The translations under genes and the position numbers were made by a program. The notes under the pieces are model-generated. The model saw nothing but the letters and a program-made list of their open reading frames with translations, searched no databases and was not told where the DNA came from. A stretch of DNA of 64,000 nt from an uncultured Erysipelotrichaceae bacterium (GTDB taxonomy: Bacteria > Bacillota_I > Bacilli_A > RFN20 > CAG-826), in NCBI GenBank assembly GCA_902763555.1, contig CACWSI010000003.1:181-64180 (forward strand), given 5' to 3'. Of the stretch, positions 39,849 to 50,143 are shown piece after piece (the stretch's first letter is position 1; the number at the start of each line of letters is the position of its first letter).

Positions 39849-40443
39849 GAAAGTCAATATAACGGACTTTTGCAGGCTTTTTAATGGCAAAATACCTATT
39901 TGCCAGGCGTGTCAAACTGAAATGGAACCCAAATTTATCAAGTTTCATGTTGATAATCATAAAGCGACATCTTTATACGACTATAATCCTTTTATTAGAA
40001 AGCTAATTTACCAATATAAAGGTTGTTATGATTATGAATTACATCAGGTGTTCCTAGATAGATACGCTAATGAGATTAAATTACGATATTTTGATCGTGT
40101 GATAATACCAATTCCTTCTTATCAAAACGAAGATGAACAAAGAGGATTCAACCATGTTGTTGAGACTTTTAAAAGTATCGGATTAAATATGCTCAATATT
40201 CTTGAAAAAACAGAGAAACATAAACAGGCTATAAGTTCCTTCAAACAAAGAAAAGAAGTCTATAAATATTTAGAGTTAAAAAGTTATCCTGATTTAAGTA
40301 AAAAGAAGGTTTTAATTGTCGATGATGTTTACACTACAGGAAGCACAATGAAATCCGCAATCCATCTTATCGAAAAGTTAAATCCAAAGAAGATTGATGT
40401 TTTAGTAGTGGCCAAAACTAGAGGAAAACAACTACCTAAATAA
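39790..40443 (+). CDS. comFC: ComFC-like phosphoribosyltransferase-domain protein
   Basis: N-terminal Cys pairs (CLIC...CQAC) and a PRTase motif VLIVDDVYTTGST. Overlaps the comFA 3' end. The true start may be an internal ATG (39805 or 39814). Confidence 0.8.
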   Translation: MLGKIMRLMPPTRNCLICFKKVNITDFCRLFNGKIPICQACQTEMEPKFIKFHVDNHKATSLYDYNPFIRKLIYQYKGCYDYELHQVFLDRYANEIKLRYFDRVIIPIPSYQNEDEQRGFNHVVETFKSIGLNMLNILEKTEKHKQAISSFKQRKEVYKYLELKSYPDLSKKKVLIVDDVYTTGSTMKSAIHLIEKLNPKKIDVLVVAKTRGKQLPK

Positions 40444-40563
40444 CTAATACGAATAAATTTGTATTAGACAATAATAGGTGGTATTGATATGATATTTAAG
40501 CGAATGCTTGACATTCTTTTATAAAGAAAGGCACATATTTGATGTGATCGGTATTAAAAAAAT

Positions 40564-42996
40564 ATGGGATTTTTTGACAGAAGAGCTCTTAAGAAATATC
40601 AAAAAGAAGCTGATAAAGTTATTGCTTATGAAAGCCAAATGGCTGCATTAACCAATGAAGAATTACAAGCTAAAACTCCTTACTTCAAAGAATTATTAGC
40701 TCAAGGTAAAACATTAGATGATATTAAATACGAAGCTTTTGCGGTTGCTCGTGAAGCTGCGAAACGTTGTATTGGTGAATTCCCTTACAAAGTTCAAATC
40801 ATCGGTTCTTTAGTTTTACATAACGGCGATGTTGCCGAAATGAAAACCGGTGAAGGTAAAACCTTAACCTGTACAATGGCTGTTTACCTTAATGCTTTAG
40901 CGGGTAAAGGCTTACACGTTATTACTGTTAACGAATACTTATCTGGTCGTGATGCTGAATGGATGGGTCAAATCTATAGATTCTTAGGCTTAACAGTTGG
41001 TGTTAACGCCCGTACAAAATCTACACGTGAAAAGAAAGAAGCCTATTTGTGTGATATTACATATACCACAAACTCTGAATTAGGTTTTGACTATTTAAGA
41101 GATAACATGGCGACCGATTTGGAACACCGTGTTTTAAGAGGACTCAATTTCTGTATCGTTGACGAAGCTGACTCCATCTTAATCGATGAAAGTAGAACCC
41201 CATTAATTATTTCCGGTGGCGCTCAAACAAGTGCCTCCCAATATACCGTTGCCGATAGATTCTGTAAGACATTAAAGAAAGAAGTCGACTTCTCTGTGGA
41301 TGTTAAAGAAAAGACAGTCCACTTAACAGAAGCTGGCCAAGCTAAAGCTGAACGTATGTTCGGTATCAAAAACTTATATGATCCAGAATATGCTGATTTA
41401 GTTCATAGAATCCATAATGCTTTAAAAGCAAACTTCATTATGGGTAGAGACGTTGACTACTTAGTGGACGCTGAAGGTGAAGTTCAAATTATTGACCCAT
41501 TCACCGGTCGTGTTCTTCCAGGTCGTGAATGGTCTGATGGTTTACATCAAGCCGTTCAAGCAAAAGAAAACGTCAAAATTAAACAAGAAACTGTCACAAT
41601 GGCGACAATTACATATCAAAACTTCTTCCGTTTATACGACAAACTCGCTGGTATGACTGGTACCGCTAAAACTGAAGAAGAAGAATTCCGTAAAATCTAT
41701 AACATGCGCGTTGTTTGTATCCCAACAAATAGACCAATCCAACGTATCGATGCACTTGATTATGTCTATGCACACAAGGGTCCAAAACTCGCTGCCTTAA
41801 TTAAGGAAGTTAAAGAACGTCACGAGACTGGTCAACCTATCTTAATCGGTACCGTGTCCGTTGAATCTTCCGAAGAAATCTCCGCGTTATTAACACAAGC
41901 GGGCTTACCACACGAAATGTTAAACGCGAAAAACCACGCTCGTGAAGCGGAAATTATTTCCCACGCTGGTGAAAAGGGTTCCATTACACTTGCCACTAAC
42001 ATGGCAGGTCGTGGTACCGATATTAAAATCAACGATGAAGTTAGAGCCTTAGGTGGCTTATGCGTCTTTGGTACTGAAAGACATGAATCTAGACGTATTG
42101 ATAACCAATTACGTGGTCGTTCAGGCCGTCAAGGTGACCCAGGTTTCTCTAGATTCTACGTATCATTCGATGATACTTTACTTGTGAGATTCGCCGCTGA
42201 TTCTATTAGAAACTACATCGAAAAGAACTTTGGCGATGAAGCATTAGAAGCCAAGATGATCACTAATGTTATCACATCCGCGCAAAAGAAAATCGAAGGT
42301 CAAAACTTCGATACTCGTAAGAGCTTATTAGAATACGATGATGTTTTAGCTAAACAAAGACAAATTGTCTACGACAAGAGAGATAGAATCATCGAAGGTA
42401 GACCAATCGATGACATCATGGAAGATATCTTCAAAACCGCTGGTGAATTCCTTGCTAAGAAAGGTATTCCTGCCGACAGTAACGATGAATTAATTTCTGG
42501 TGAACAATTAGTCAAAGTGGTGGAACCAAGATTCTTACCAACTGGCACAATTAAACCAAATTTATATGATGATGCTCCGGTCGATGATATCGCACCAGAT
42601 TTAGCCATCGTTATTAGAGAAAGATTTGAACAACTCCTTAAAGAATGGGATGTTGATGAAGCTGATAAAGACAACATCAAACGTTCAGTGGTTTTACACT
42701 GTATTGACCAAAACTGGACCAAGCATATTGACCAAATGTCGCGTTTAAGAGAAGCTATCTTCTTAAGAAGCTACGCTAACGTCAACCCATTACAAGATTA
42801 CGTTAATGAAGGCTATGCGATGTTCAGAGAATGTTTAGAAATGGCCTCTGTTGATGCTGTTTTGAACTTAGTCAACATTAGACCTCAACGTCGTGTTACC
42901 GTTCAACAAGAACCAGCTCCAGAACAACCAGCTGAACAACCAGCTCAAGAAGCTGCTCCTGCTCAACCAGCCGAAGATAAGAAAGACGCTGAATAA
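40564..42996 (+). CDS. secA: Preprotein translocase ATPase SecA
   Basis: 810 aa. MKTGEGKTL, DEAD-like motifs, Ala/Pro/Glu-rich acidic C-terminus. Confidence 0.95.
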   Translation: MGFFDRRALKKYQKEADKVIAYESQMAALTNEELQAKTPYFKELLAQGKTLDDIKYEAFAVAREAAKRCIGEFPYKVQIIGSLVLHNGDVAEMKTGEGKTLTCTMAVYLNALAGKGLHVITVNEYLSGRDAEWMGQIYRFLGLTVGVNARTKSTREKKEAYLCDITYTTNSELGFDYLRDNMATDLEHRVLRGLNFCIVDEADSILIDESRTPLIISGGAQTSASQYTVADRFCKTLKKEVDFSVDVKEKTVHLTEAGQAKAERMFGIKNLYDPEYADLVHRIHNALKANFIMGRDVDYLVDAEGEVQIIDPFTGRVLPGREWSDGLHQAVQAKENVKIKQETVTMATITYQNFFRLYDKLAGMTGTAKTEEEEFRKIYNMRVVCIPTNRPIQRIDALDYVYAHKGPKLAALIKEVKERHETGQPILIGTVSVESSEEISALLTQAGLPHEMLNAKNHAREAEIISHAGEKGSITLATNMAGRGTDIKINDEVRALGGLCVFGTERHESRRIDNQLRGRSGRQGDPGFSRFYVSFDDTLLVRFAADSIRNYIEKNFGDEALEAKMITNVITSAQKKIEGQNFDTRKSLLEYDDVLAKQRQIVYDKRDRIIEGRPIDDIMEDIFKTAGEFLAKKGIPADSNDELISGEQLVKVVEPRFLPTGTIKPNLYDDAPVDDIAPDLAIVIRERFEQLLKEWDVDEADKDNIKRSVVLHCIDQNWTKHIDQMSRLREAIFLRSYANVNPLQDYVNEGYAMFRECLEMASVDAVLNLVNIRPQRRVTVQQEPAPEQPAEQPAQEAAPAQPAEDKKDAE

Positions 42997-42999
42997 TTT

Positions 43000-44110
43000 A
43001 TGAAAGACTTAGTGACCTTAAAACAGGAACTTAGTGCTGTTGGCGAGAGAATCCGTCAACTCGGGTCTTCTCTTTGACCTCGCTAAATTAGATGCCGAGA
43101 TCGTTTCGTTAACCGCAAAAAGTGAAGCAGAAGATTTCTGGAATGACAGGAATTCTGCTTTGGAAATTATATCCCGTCTCAATCATTCTCGCGAAATTGC
43201 CGATACATATCGCGCTCTTTTGCGTGGTCAAAAAGACCTTGAAGAATTATTAGAATTCGAAGATGAATCATTCTTTGAACAAATTGAAAATTCTCTTGAT
43301 GAATTAAACAAACAATCCAAAGATTTTGAATTACAAATCTTATTCACTGGTGAATTCGATGGATTAAATGCAATCATTGAAATCCATCCAGGCGCCGGTG
43401 GTACTGAGGCCCAAGACTGGGCGGATATGCTTTATAGAATGTATGTCTACTATGCAGAAATACATCATTTCAAGATGTCTCTTTTATCACTCGAACCAGG
43501 TGATGAAGCTGGTATCAAGTCAGTTACTTTACAAATAAGCGGTAAAAACGCCTATGGTTTATTAAAAGGTGAAAAAGGTGTACATCGTTTAGTGAGAATT
43601 TCTCCTTTTGATGCGAATAAAAGAAGGCATACATCATTTGCCTCAGTTAACGTTGTTCCAGAATTTAAGGACGATGCGATTGATATCACCATTAATGAAT
43701 CCGATTTAAAGATTGATACGTATCGTAGTGGTGGCGCAGGTGGTCAAAACGTCAACAAAGTTGAAACTGCAGTTAGAATTACCCACTTACCAACAGGTAT
43801 CGTTGTTTCTTGTCAAATCGAAAGAAGCCAACTTCTTAATAAAGAAACGGCGATGAAGATGTTAAAAGGTAAATTGTATTTAATAGAATTAGAATCTAGA
43901 CAAAATAAACTCAACTCAATCGTTGGGGAAAAGAAGAATATTGAATGGGGCAGCCAAATCCGTTCTTATGTCTTCTGTCCATATACATTAGTTAAAGATA
44001 ATCGTACATCATTTGAAGTCGTTGATGTTGCTTCTGTCATGAACGGAAACATGCTTACCTCCAAATGGAAGCTAAGAAAAACACAAAATAATGGAGATTT
44101 GCAGACTTTT
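43000..44110 (+). CDS. prfB: Peptide chain release factor 2, expressed by a programmed +1 frameshift at 43072-43078. No in-frame stop as sequenced, so the 3' end is uncertain; adding one A to the A5 run at 44077-44081 would place TAA at 44089-44091
   Basis: Frame 0 reads [25 protein letters not shown] then TGA. The +1 frame continues DLAKLD... through SPF and GGQ ([12 protein letters not shown]) motifs. Confidence 0.8.
43060..43080 (+). other. RF2 autoregulatory +1 recoding site: SD-like GGG, slippery CTT, TGA, C
   Basis: CTCGGGTCTTCTCTTTGAC matches the canonical CUU UGA C with an upstream SD-like element. Confidence 0.85.
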
Positions 44111-46090
44111 ATGGATGATAGCCACTTATTTGAGATAGTTTCAAAGTTCAAGCCAACAGGTGACCAACCAACCGCGATTAAGCAGTTAAGCGATGGTATT
44201 TTAAACGGTAAAAAATTCCAAGTTTTAATGGGTGCGACCGGTACTGGTAAGACTTTTACTATGGCTAATATTATTCAAACCGTTCAAAAGCCTACATTAG
44301 TCCTAGTGCACAACAAAACTCTTGCGGGCCAGTTATATTCTGAATTCCAAGAATTATTCCCACATAATCGTGTGGAATACTTTGTATCTAACTTTGATTT
44401 TTATCAACCAGAAGCCTATATTCCAAAAAGCGATACATATATTGATAAGAACGCAGTGATGAATGAAGAAATTGAAATGCTTCGTACATCAGCGATTAAT
44501 TCTATCTTAGAAAGAAAAGACACAATTATTGTGGCTTCTGTAGCTTCTATATATGGTTTAACAGATCCTGATGAATATCGTAACTTAGTATTCAATATTC
44601 GTGTCGGTGAAGAAATTAACAGGCAGGAACTATATAAGAAATTAGTGGACGCTCAATATAAACGTAATAACCTTGATTTAGCCCCTGGTACATTTAGAGT
44701 TAGGGGAGACGTCATCGAAATAGTGCCTGCTTCTTTCTCTGATGGCGATGTTATTAGAATCGACACTTTTGGTGATGAAGTAGAGAAAATTGTTCAATTA
44801 AACCCACTCACTGGTGAAGTAAAACATACCTATCATACTTTCCCTATCTTCCCTGCTTATGACCACGCTTCCACAAGAGAAAGAATTAAAGAAGCTTGTG
44901 TCACAATCAAAGCGGAACTTGAAGAAAGACTTAAATTCTTTAAGGAAAACGGTAAGCTTTTAGAAGCTGAGCGTTTAGAGATGAGAACAAATCAAGATAT
45001 GGAAAGTATGCAAGAATTTGGTATGTGTCCTGGTATTGAAAACTATTCTCGCCATATTGATAAAAGAAAGCCAGGTGAAAGACCTTGGTGCTTATTAGAT
45101 TATTTCCCAGAAGATTTTTTAATGATTGTTGATGAATCTCACGTTACATTCCCTCAACTTAGAGGCATGTATAACGGTGATCGTTCTAGAAAAGAAACTT
45201 TAGTGGAATATGGTTTTAGATTACCTTCCGCTTTAGACAATAGACCACTTAACTTTGATGAATTTGAAAAGATTATGCCATATGTTGTTTGCACAAGTGC
45301 AACACCAGGCGATTATGAACTAGAAAAAGCGGGTGGAATATCCGCGGAACAAATCATTAGACCAACTGGTTTATTAGATCCAATTATTGAAGTTCGTCCA
45401 ACTTTAGGGCAAATTGATGATTTAGTTCATGAAATTAAAACTAGAGTGGATAGAAATGAAAGAACAATGGTTGTGACCCTTACAATTCGTATGGCGGAAG
45501 ACCTCACAAATTATCTTAAAGAAAAAGGCATTAAGGTCGTTTATTTGCATCATGAAACTAAGACTTTAGAAAGAAGTGAAATCATTTATCAATTAAGAAA
45601 AGGTAAATATGATGTCCTAGTTGGAATTAACCTATTAAGAGAAGGATTAGATATTCCTGAAGTCTCATTAATTTCTATCTTTGATGCAGATAAAGAAGGT
45701 TTCTTAAGAAGTACACGTTCATTGATCCAAATTGTCGGTAGAGCGGCAAGAAACGCTAATGGGTTAGTAGTTATGTATGCCGATAGAATGACTGATTCTA
45801 TGCAAAACTGTATTGAAGAAACAAATCGTAGAAGAAGTATTCAAGAAGCATATAATAACGAATATGGAATTATCCCACGAACAGTCATTAAAGAAATCCG
45901 TCCACCTATCCATAATAGTGATGATGAAATCAGCGAAATGATTGATATCACTAAACATGGTAGCCGCGCGGAAATTGAAGCGAAGGTCAAAGAACTCGAA
46001 AAACAAATGCGTCAAGCAGCGAAAGAATTTGACTTTGAAAGGGCGGCCGAGCTTCGAGATATTATTCTCGAAATTAAAGGCAATTTATAA
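44111..46090 (+). CDS. uvrB: Excinuclease ABC subunit B
   Basis: [20 protein letters not shown]... Walker A GATGTGKT, beta-hairpin, helicase motifs, C-terminal UVR domain ([11 protein letters not shown]). ATG 44111 is in frame with prfB as sequenced. Confidence 0.85.
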   Translation: MDDSHLFEIVSKFKPTGDQPTAIKQLSDGILNGKKFQVLMGATGTGKTFTMANIIQTVQKPTLVLVHNKTLAGQLYSEFQELFPHNRVEYFVSNFDFYQPEAYIPKSDTYIDKNAVMNEEIEMLRTSAINSILERKDTIIVASVASIYGLTDPDEYRNLVFNIRVGEEINRQELYKKLVDAQYKRNNLDLAPGTFRVRGDVIEIVPASFSDGDVIRIDTFGDEVEKIVQLNPLTGEVKHTYHTFPIFPAYDHASTRERIKEACVTIKAELEERLKFFKENGKLLEAERLEMRTNQDMESMQEFGMCPGIENYSRHIDKRKPGERPWCLLDYFPEDFLMIVDESHVTFPQLRGMYNGDRSRKETLVEYGFRLPSALDNRPLNFDEFEKIMPYVVCTSATPGDYELEKAGGISAEQIIRPTGLLDPIIEVRPTLGQIDDLVHEIKTRVDRNERTMVVTLTIRMAEDLTNYLKEKGIKVVYLHHETKTLERSEIIYQLRKGKYDVLVGINLLREGLDIPEVSLISIFDADKEGFLRSTRSLIQIVGRAARNANGLVVMYADRMTDSMQNCIEETNRRRSIQEAYNNEYGIIPRTVIKEIRPPIHNSDDEISEMIDITKHGSRAEIEAKVKELEKQMRQAAKEFDFERAAELRDIILEIKGNL

Positions 46091-46162
46091 AAATAAAGTT
46101 TGCTTTATTTAAACGATTCTAATATCATTGTTATCAGCGATTAAGAAAGGAAGAAAATTCTT

Positions 46163-46402
46163 ATGTTAAATTGGTATGACTGGATTATGTTAGTAGTTGC
46201 TATCATCATCATTGTTCTCTGCTTATTGCAAGGCGGTAAATCAGAAGGTGCCTCTGGTGCTATTACCGGTGGTGGCTTAAACGTCTTCGTTAAAACCAAA
46301 GAAAGAGGTGCAGAAAAAGTTGTTTCTATTTTGACACTTGTCTGTGCAATCTTGTTCTTCTTTATCGCGATCCTTATTGAAATTACCACTAAAGTTGCTT
46401 AA
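46163..46402 (+). CDS. secG: Preprotein translocase subunit SecG
   Basis: 79 aa, two TM helices, LLQGGKSEGASGAITGGG glycine-rich loop. Confidence 0.8.
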   Translation: MLNWYDWIMLVVAIIIIVLCLLQGGKSEGASGAITGGGLNVFVKTKERGAEKVVSILTLVCAILFFFIAILIEITTKVA

Positions 46403-46426
46403 TCGTAACTTAGAGGGTAAGAAAAG

Positions 46427-46454
46427 CGGACGAATTAATCGTCCGTTTTCTTTT
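46427..46454. terminator. Bidirectional terminator between secG and the convergent DUF308 gene
   Basis: CGGACGA-attaa-TCGTCCG followed by TTTTCTTTT. Overlaps the stop of the minus-strand gene. Confidence 0.55.
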
Positions 46455-47157
46455 GCTCGATTTTATCGCTTGTGTAATCAAGCTCTTTTACTTCTTCTTG
46501 CTTAGGTTCTTCAGGTTGAGCTTCATTAACTGGCTCTTCATTTTTATTCTTCTTATTATTCTTTACCTTAGGAGCGCCATTTTTATTCTTACTTATAATT
46601 GCTTTAATACCGAGATATAATTCCCAGCCACCCGCAATGAGTAATAAGACGCCAACGATGATAGAAGCGACAATATTTAATGCGTTTCTTACATTATCAC
46701 GGAAGATAATCGCTAATATGCCCGCAGCAATAAATAATAGTGCGAGTATATAAGTAATAATGATTAGGGCTAATTTATCTTTTTCTTTTCTTATTGTTAA
46801 TAAAATAGCTTTCAATAATTGCACAGCGCCCACAACAATGAGGAAAATAGCGATCAAATAAATAAGATATTCTAAAAGCATCAATTGCTTTGTACAGAGG
46901 AAGACACCTAAGGCAATGGATGCTGAACCATATAACAAACTAGCGGTAATATATTTCTTTGTTTCGAAAAAGAATGCGGTAAGTATAGCGAATAAACCAA
47001 ATAAGAATAAGATAACTGCGACAACGATGTTTAAGGCGTTTTCTAATACTTCAGTATTATTGTTAATTGCAAAAGCAATAATCACTGCGCCACCAAATAG
47101 TAATAAAATCGATAAGATTAACTGTAGCCAAACGTATTTACTAAATAAACTTTTCAT
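46435..47157 (-). CDS. HdeD/DUF308-family membrane protein with a charged Lys/Glu-rich C-terminal tail
   Basis: Repeated LL..GG..I..A-type TM hairpins, 6 TM helices. Confidence 0.6.
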   Translation of the reverse strand: MKSLFSKYVWLQLILSILLLFGGAVIIAFAINNNTEVLENALNIVVAVILFLFGLFAILTAFFFETKKYITASLLYGSASIALGVFLCTKQLMLLEYLIYLIAIFLIVVGAVQLLKAILLTIRKEKDKLALIIITYILALLFIAAGILAIIFRDNVRNALNIVASIIVGVLLLIAGGWELYLGIKAIISKNKNGAPKVKNNKKNKNEEPVNEAQPEEPKQEEVKELDYTSDKIEQKKTDD

Positions 47158-47210
47158 ATAGTATTTCCTCTCGAATACTATTATAGTATGTTCAAAGGAA
47201 ATATTTAATT

Positions 47211-48437
47211 ATGGAAGAAAAATTATTACGAGATTATGCAAGATTAGTTGCCTTCCAAGGCGGTCACGTCTTAAAAGGCGAAGAAGTTTGGATTAATGCT
47301 GGTCTAGAACAACCTGATTTTGTCACTATGGTCGTTGAAGAATGCTATAAAGCAGGCGCTAAAAAGGTTACTGTTTATTGGCACCATGACCCAGTTAACA
47401 AACTAGCGTATAAAAACGAAACAGTTAGTAGTTTAGCAACAGTTTCACCAATGATGGTGGCTAAATTCAAATATTGGGTGAAGAAATTACCTGTGGTTAT
47501 TCACATTATTTCTGATGACCCAGACGCTATGAAAGGTGTCAACCAAAACAAAGTTACCAAATCCATGGCGAAACGTTATCCAAAGATTAAGAAATATAGA
47601 GATGCGATGGATGGCAAATATAAATGGACAATCGCCGCTGTCCCTGGCAAAGCTTGGGCCAAGAAAGTCTTCCCTAAGTTGAGTGAAGAAGAGGCGATTG
47701 AAGCTTTATGGGCTGCTATCTTAAAAACATCTAGAGTGGATGGCAATGATCCAGTTAAAAACTGGGACGACCATAACGACTTCTTAGTTAATCAAAGAAA
47801 GAAATTAGAAGCCTTAGATTTAAGAAAACTCATTTATAAAGCCAGTAATGGTACCGATTTCCAAGTCGAACTTGTCAAAGGCATGAAGTGGGGTGGTGGT
47901 GTTGAATTTGCCCCTAACAAAGGTCAATTCAATCCAAATATTCCTTCAGAAGAAGTATTCACAACCCCAATGAAAGGCAAAGCCGAAGGCACACTCGTGG
48001 CCTCTAAGCCATTATCTTATAATGGTGAATTAATCGAAGACTTCTCTATCTCATTTAAATATGGTAAGGTCTGCGCAGTCAAAGCTAGAAAGAACCAAGC
48101 TTTATTAGAAAAGATGGTCAAAATGGATGAAGGTGCTTCAATGTTAGGCGAAGTCGCCTTAGTGCCTTTTGAATCCCCAATCAATCAAACCGGTTTATTA
48201 TTCTATGAAACATTGTTTGATGAAAATGCGTGCTGCCACGTTGCTTTAGGCGCTGGTTTCCCAGAATTATATCCAGGTGCTTTAGATATGAATATGGAAC
48301 AAAGAGCCGAAGTTGGTATTAATAATTCCATGATTCACGTTGACTTTATGGTGGGTACTAGAGATTTATCTATCGTTGGTGTGGACGCTAACGGAAAGCA
48401 AATCCAGATCTTTAAAGATGGTACTTGGGCCCTCTAA
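47211..48437 (+). CDS. pepS: Aminopeptidase, M29 (PepS/AmpS) family
   Basis: 408 aa. N-terminal LLRDYARLVAFQGGHV..., thermophilic-metalloprotease fold motifs. Confidence 0.8.
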   Translation: MEEKLLRDYARLVAFQGGHVLKGEEVWINAGLEQPDFVTMVVEECYKAGAKKVTVYWHHDPVNKLAYKNETVSSLATVSPMMVAKFKYWVKKLPVVIHIISDDPDAMKGVNQNKVTKSMAKRYPKIKKYRDAMDGKYKWTIAAVPGKAWAKKVFPKLSEEEAIEALWAAILKTSRVDGNDPVKNWDDHNDFLVNQRKKLEALDLRKLIYKASNGTDFQVELVKGMKWGGGVEFAPNKGQFNPNIPSEEVFTTPMKGKAEGTLVASKPLSYNGELIEDFSISFKYGKVCAVKARKNQALLEKMVKMDEGASMLGEVALVPFESPINQTGLLFYETLFDENACCHVALGAGFPELYPGALDMNMEQRAEVGINNSMIHVDFMVGTRDLSIVGVDANGKQIQIFKDGTWAL

Positions 48438-48745
48438 ACGCGTTCAATTCTAATTAATTCTGCAAAATAGATTGTCTTTCTTAAAGGGAGGACAATCTTT
48501 TTATTCACTGGATCGATTTTAGACAAAATAGAAGAGACGGTATTGATTTTATCGTTTCTCCAATACTCAATTAATAACTCTTCTCCGTGGTAATTCACCA
48601 ATATTTCATTAATATTATCTGCTTCATCAGAAGAGATACTTGGACGTTCCACTTTCTCTTGCTTATTATGTAATCTCTTTAAATAGTCTTCTTGTTCGTT
48701 TAATGATTTATAAGGAGCCCATTTTTTCATTCCGCGTTCACTCAT
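48434..48745 (-). CDS. YolD-like protein (UmuD-functional-analogue family usually paired with Y-family polymerases)
   Basis: 103 aa. Overlaps the polymerase gene stop. Same arrangement as B. subtilis yqjW-yqjX and uvrX-yolD. Confidence 0.65.
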   Translation of the reverse strand: MSERGMKKWAPYKSLNEQEDYLKRLHNKQEKVERPSISSDEADNINEILVNYHGEELLIEYWRNDKINTVSSILSKIDPVNKKIVLPLRKTIYFAELIRIERV

Positions 48746-50007
48746 TTACGATGCCCTCCTATAAATTCATTTCTTTCTCTAATGGTGCTTTCTTCTAGTA
48801 AGGAAGAAGCTCTTAAAACAGAGTTCTTGCCGAATTTACTTTGTAAAGCATCCATGGTTTTTTGTAATCTATGCCTTTTTAATTGTTCTTTATCGTCTTC
48901 AAACATATTAAGTTGTTGATGAGTAGCGTCACTTAGTTCACCAAAGCTCAAGCCTATTGTGCGTATAGGTAAATCTTTAATATAAATATGATAAATTTCT
49001 AAAATCGCTTTTAATAAGACTTGGCTATCATCAGTGGGTGCGAGCAATGTGGAGCGGCGCGCGAAACCACCTGAGTTTTTAGAATAACCAACATATAGAC
49101 CGACAACACCAGTCATTTTATTAGCGTTTCTCATTCTCGTGGATAATGTATCAACCATTTCTCTAATAATAGTGATGGCTTCATCTTTGTTATAGTCTCT
49201 AAATAATACTTGGCTTAAAGACAAACTATGTTCTTTAGGTTCATATTTTTCATGGATGTCCGCTTCATCGATACCATTCGCATGTCTCCATAATTGTTCA
49301 CCTATAATGCCAAACTTGTTTCTTAAGTAATCGGCATTCGATAAAGCAATGTCTCTAACAGTAAATAAACCCATCTTATTTAATTTAGCTTCAGTTCTAC
49401 TTCCAATACTCCAAACCTTACTAAGTGGAGTGATAGGCCAAAGTTTTTCTTTAACATCCTCTATAGACATACGGGCAATGCCATTTCTTTCTTTTTTTGC
49501 GTACACGTCTAAAGCGATTTTAGCTAAAAAGAAGTTATCACCAATACCCGCGGTAGCTTGTAATCCCGTTTCTTCTTTGATCTGATTGATAATTGTGGTC
49601 ACCATTTGAAGTGGTGTTTTATTGTAATACTTTAAATAAGTTGTTAAGTCTACGAAGGCTTCATCAATGGAATAGACATGCACATCTTCTTCCGCGACAA
49701 AGTGATATAAAACATCAATAACTTCCGCACTTTTCTCTAAATATCTTTCCATTCTTGGAACAGCGTAAATATAATTATATTTCTTTGGTAATTCTTTGAT
49801 TCTGCACCTTGATGGAATACCTTGTTTTTTAAGGAATGGAGACACACTTAAAACAATCGTATTTGTGCCTCTATCTTTATCCGCGACCACGAGTGGATCT
49901 TTCCATGGATCTAGACCTCTATCAAGACACTCAACGTATGAATAAAAAGCTTTTAAGTCAATGACGGCAATTACTCTTCTTTTCATATGGGTGAAAGTAT
50001 TATACAT
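48742..50007 (-). CDS. Y-family translesion DNA polymerase (UmuC/YqjW/UvrX-like)
   Basis: N-terminal IAVIDLKAFYSYVE..., SIDEAF motif, little-finger domain. Confidence 0.85.
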   Translation of the reverse strand: MYNTFTHMKRRVIAVIDLKAFYSYVECLDRGLDPWKDPLVVADKDRGTNTIVLSVSPFLKKQGIPSRCRIKELPKKYNYIYAVPRMERYLEKSAEVIDVLYHFVAEEDVHVYSIDEAFVDLTTYLKYYNKTPLQMVTTIINQIKEETGLQATAGIGDNFFLAKIALDVYAKKERNGIARMSIEDVKEKLWPITPLSKVWSIGSRTEAKLNKMGLFTVRDIALSNADYLRNKFGIIGEQLWRHANGIDEADIHEKYEPKEHSLSLSQVLFRDYNKDEAITIIREMVDTLSTRMRNANKMTGVVGLYVGYSKNSGGFARRSTLLAPTDDSQVLLKAILEIYHIYIKDLPIRTIGLSFGELSDATHQQLNMFEDDKEQLKRHRLQKTMDALQSKFGKNSVLRASSLLEESTIRERNEFIGGHRK

Positions 50008-50064
50008 AAGAAAAAATTATCTTGTTAGTCTTGACTTTTATGGTCAAAAATACTCGTTTTTCAT

Positions 50065-50093
50065 TTGACAACAAAAATATTTTTGTTATATTA
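50065..50093 (+). promoter_or_regulatory. Putative sigma-A promoter for rmuC
   Basis: TTGACA, 16-17 nt spacer, TATATT/ATATTA. Confidence 0.4.
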
Positions 50094-50143
50094 ATCTCTC
50101 ACTTAATTAAATGTGGTTTAATAAAAGTGGGGGATTAAAAACT

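Noticed and set aside
44041-44110. Genuine 14-aa insertion in the RF2 C-terminus explaining the odd [14 protein letters not shown] segment
   Set aside because: A single-A indel in the A5 run restores a normal-length RF2 with a TAA stop and a proper uvrB SD-ATG spacing. That is more parsimonious than an insertion plus stop loss.
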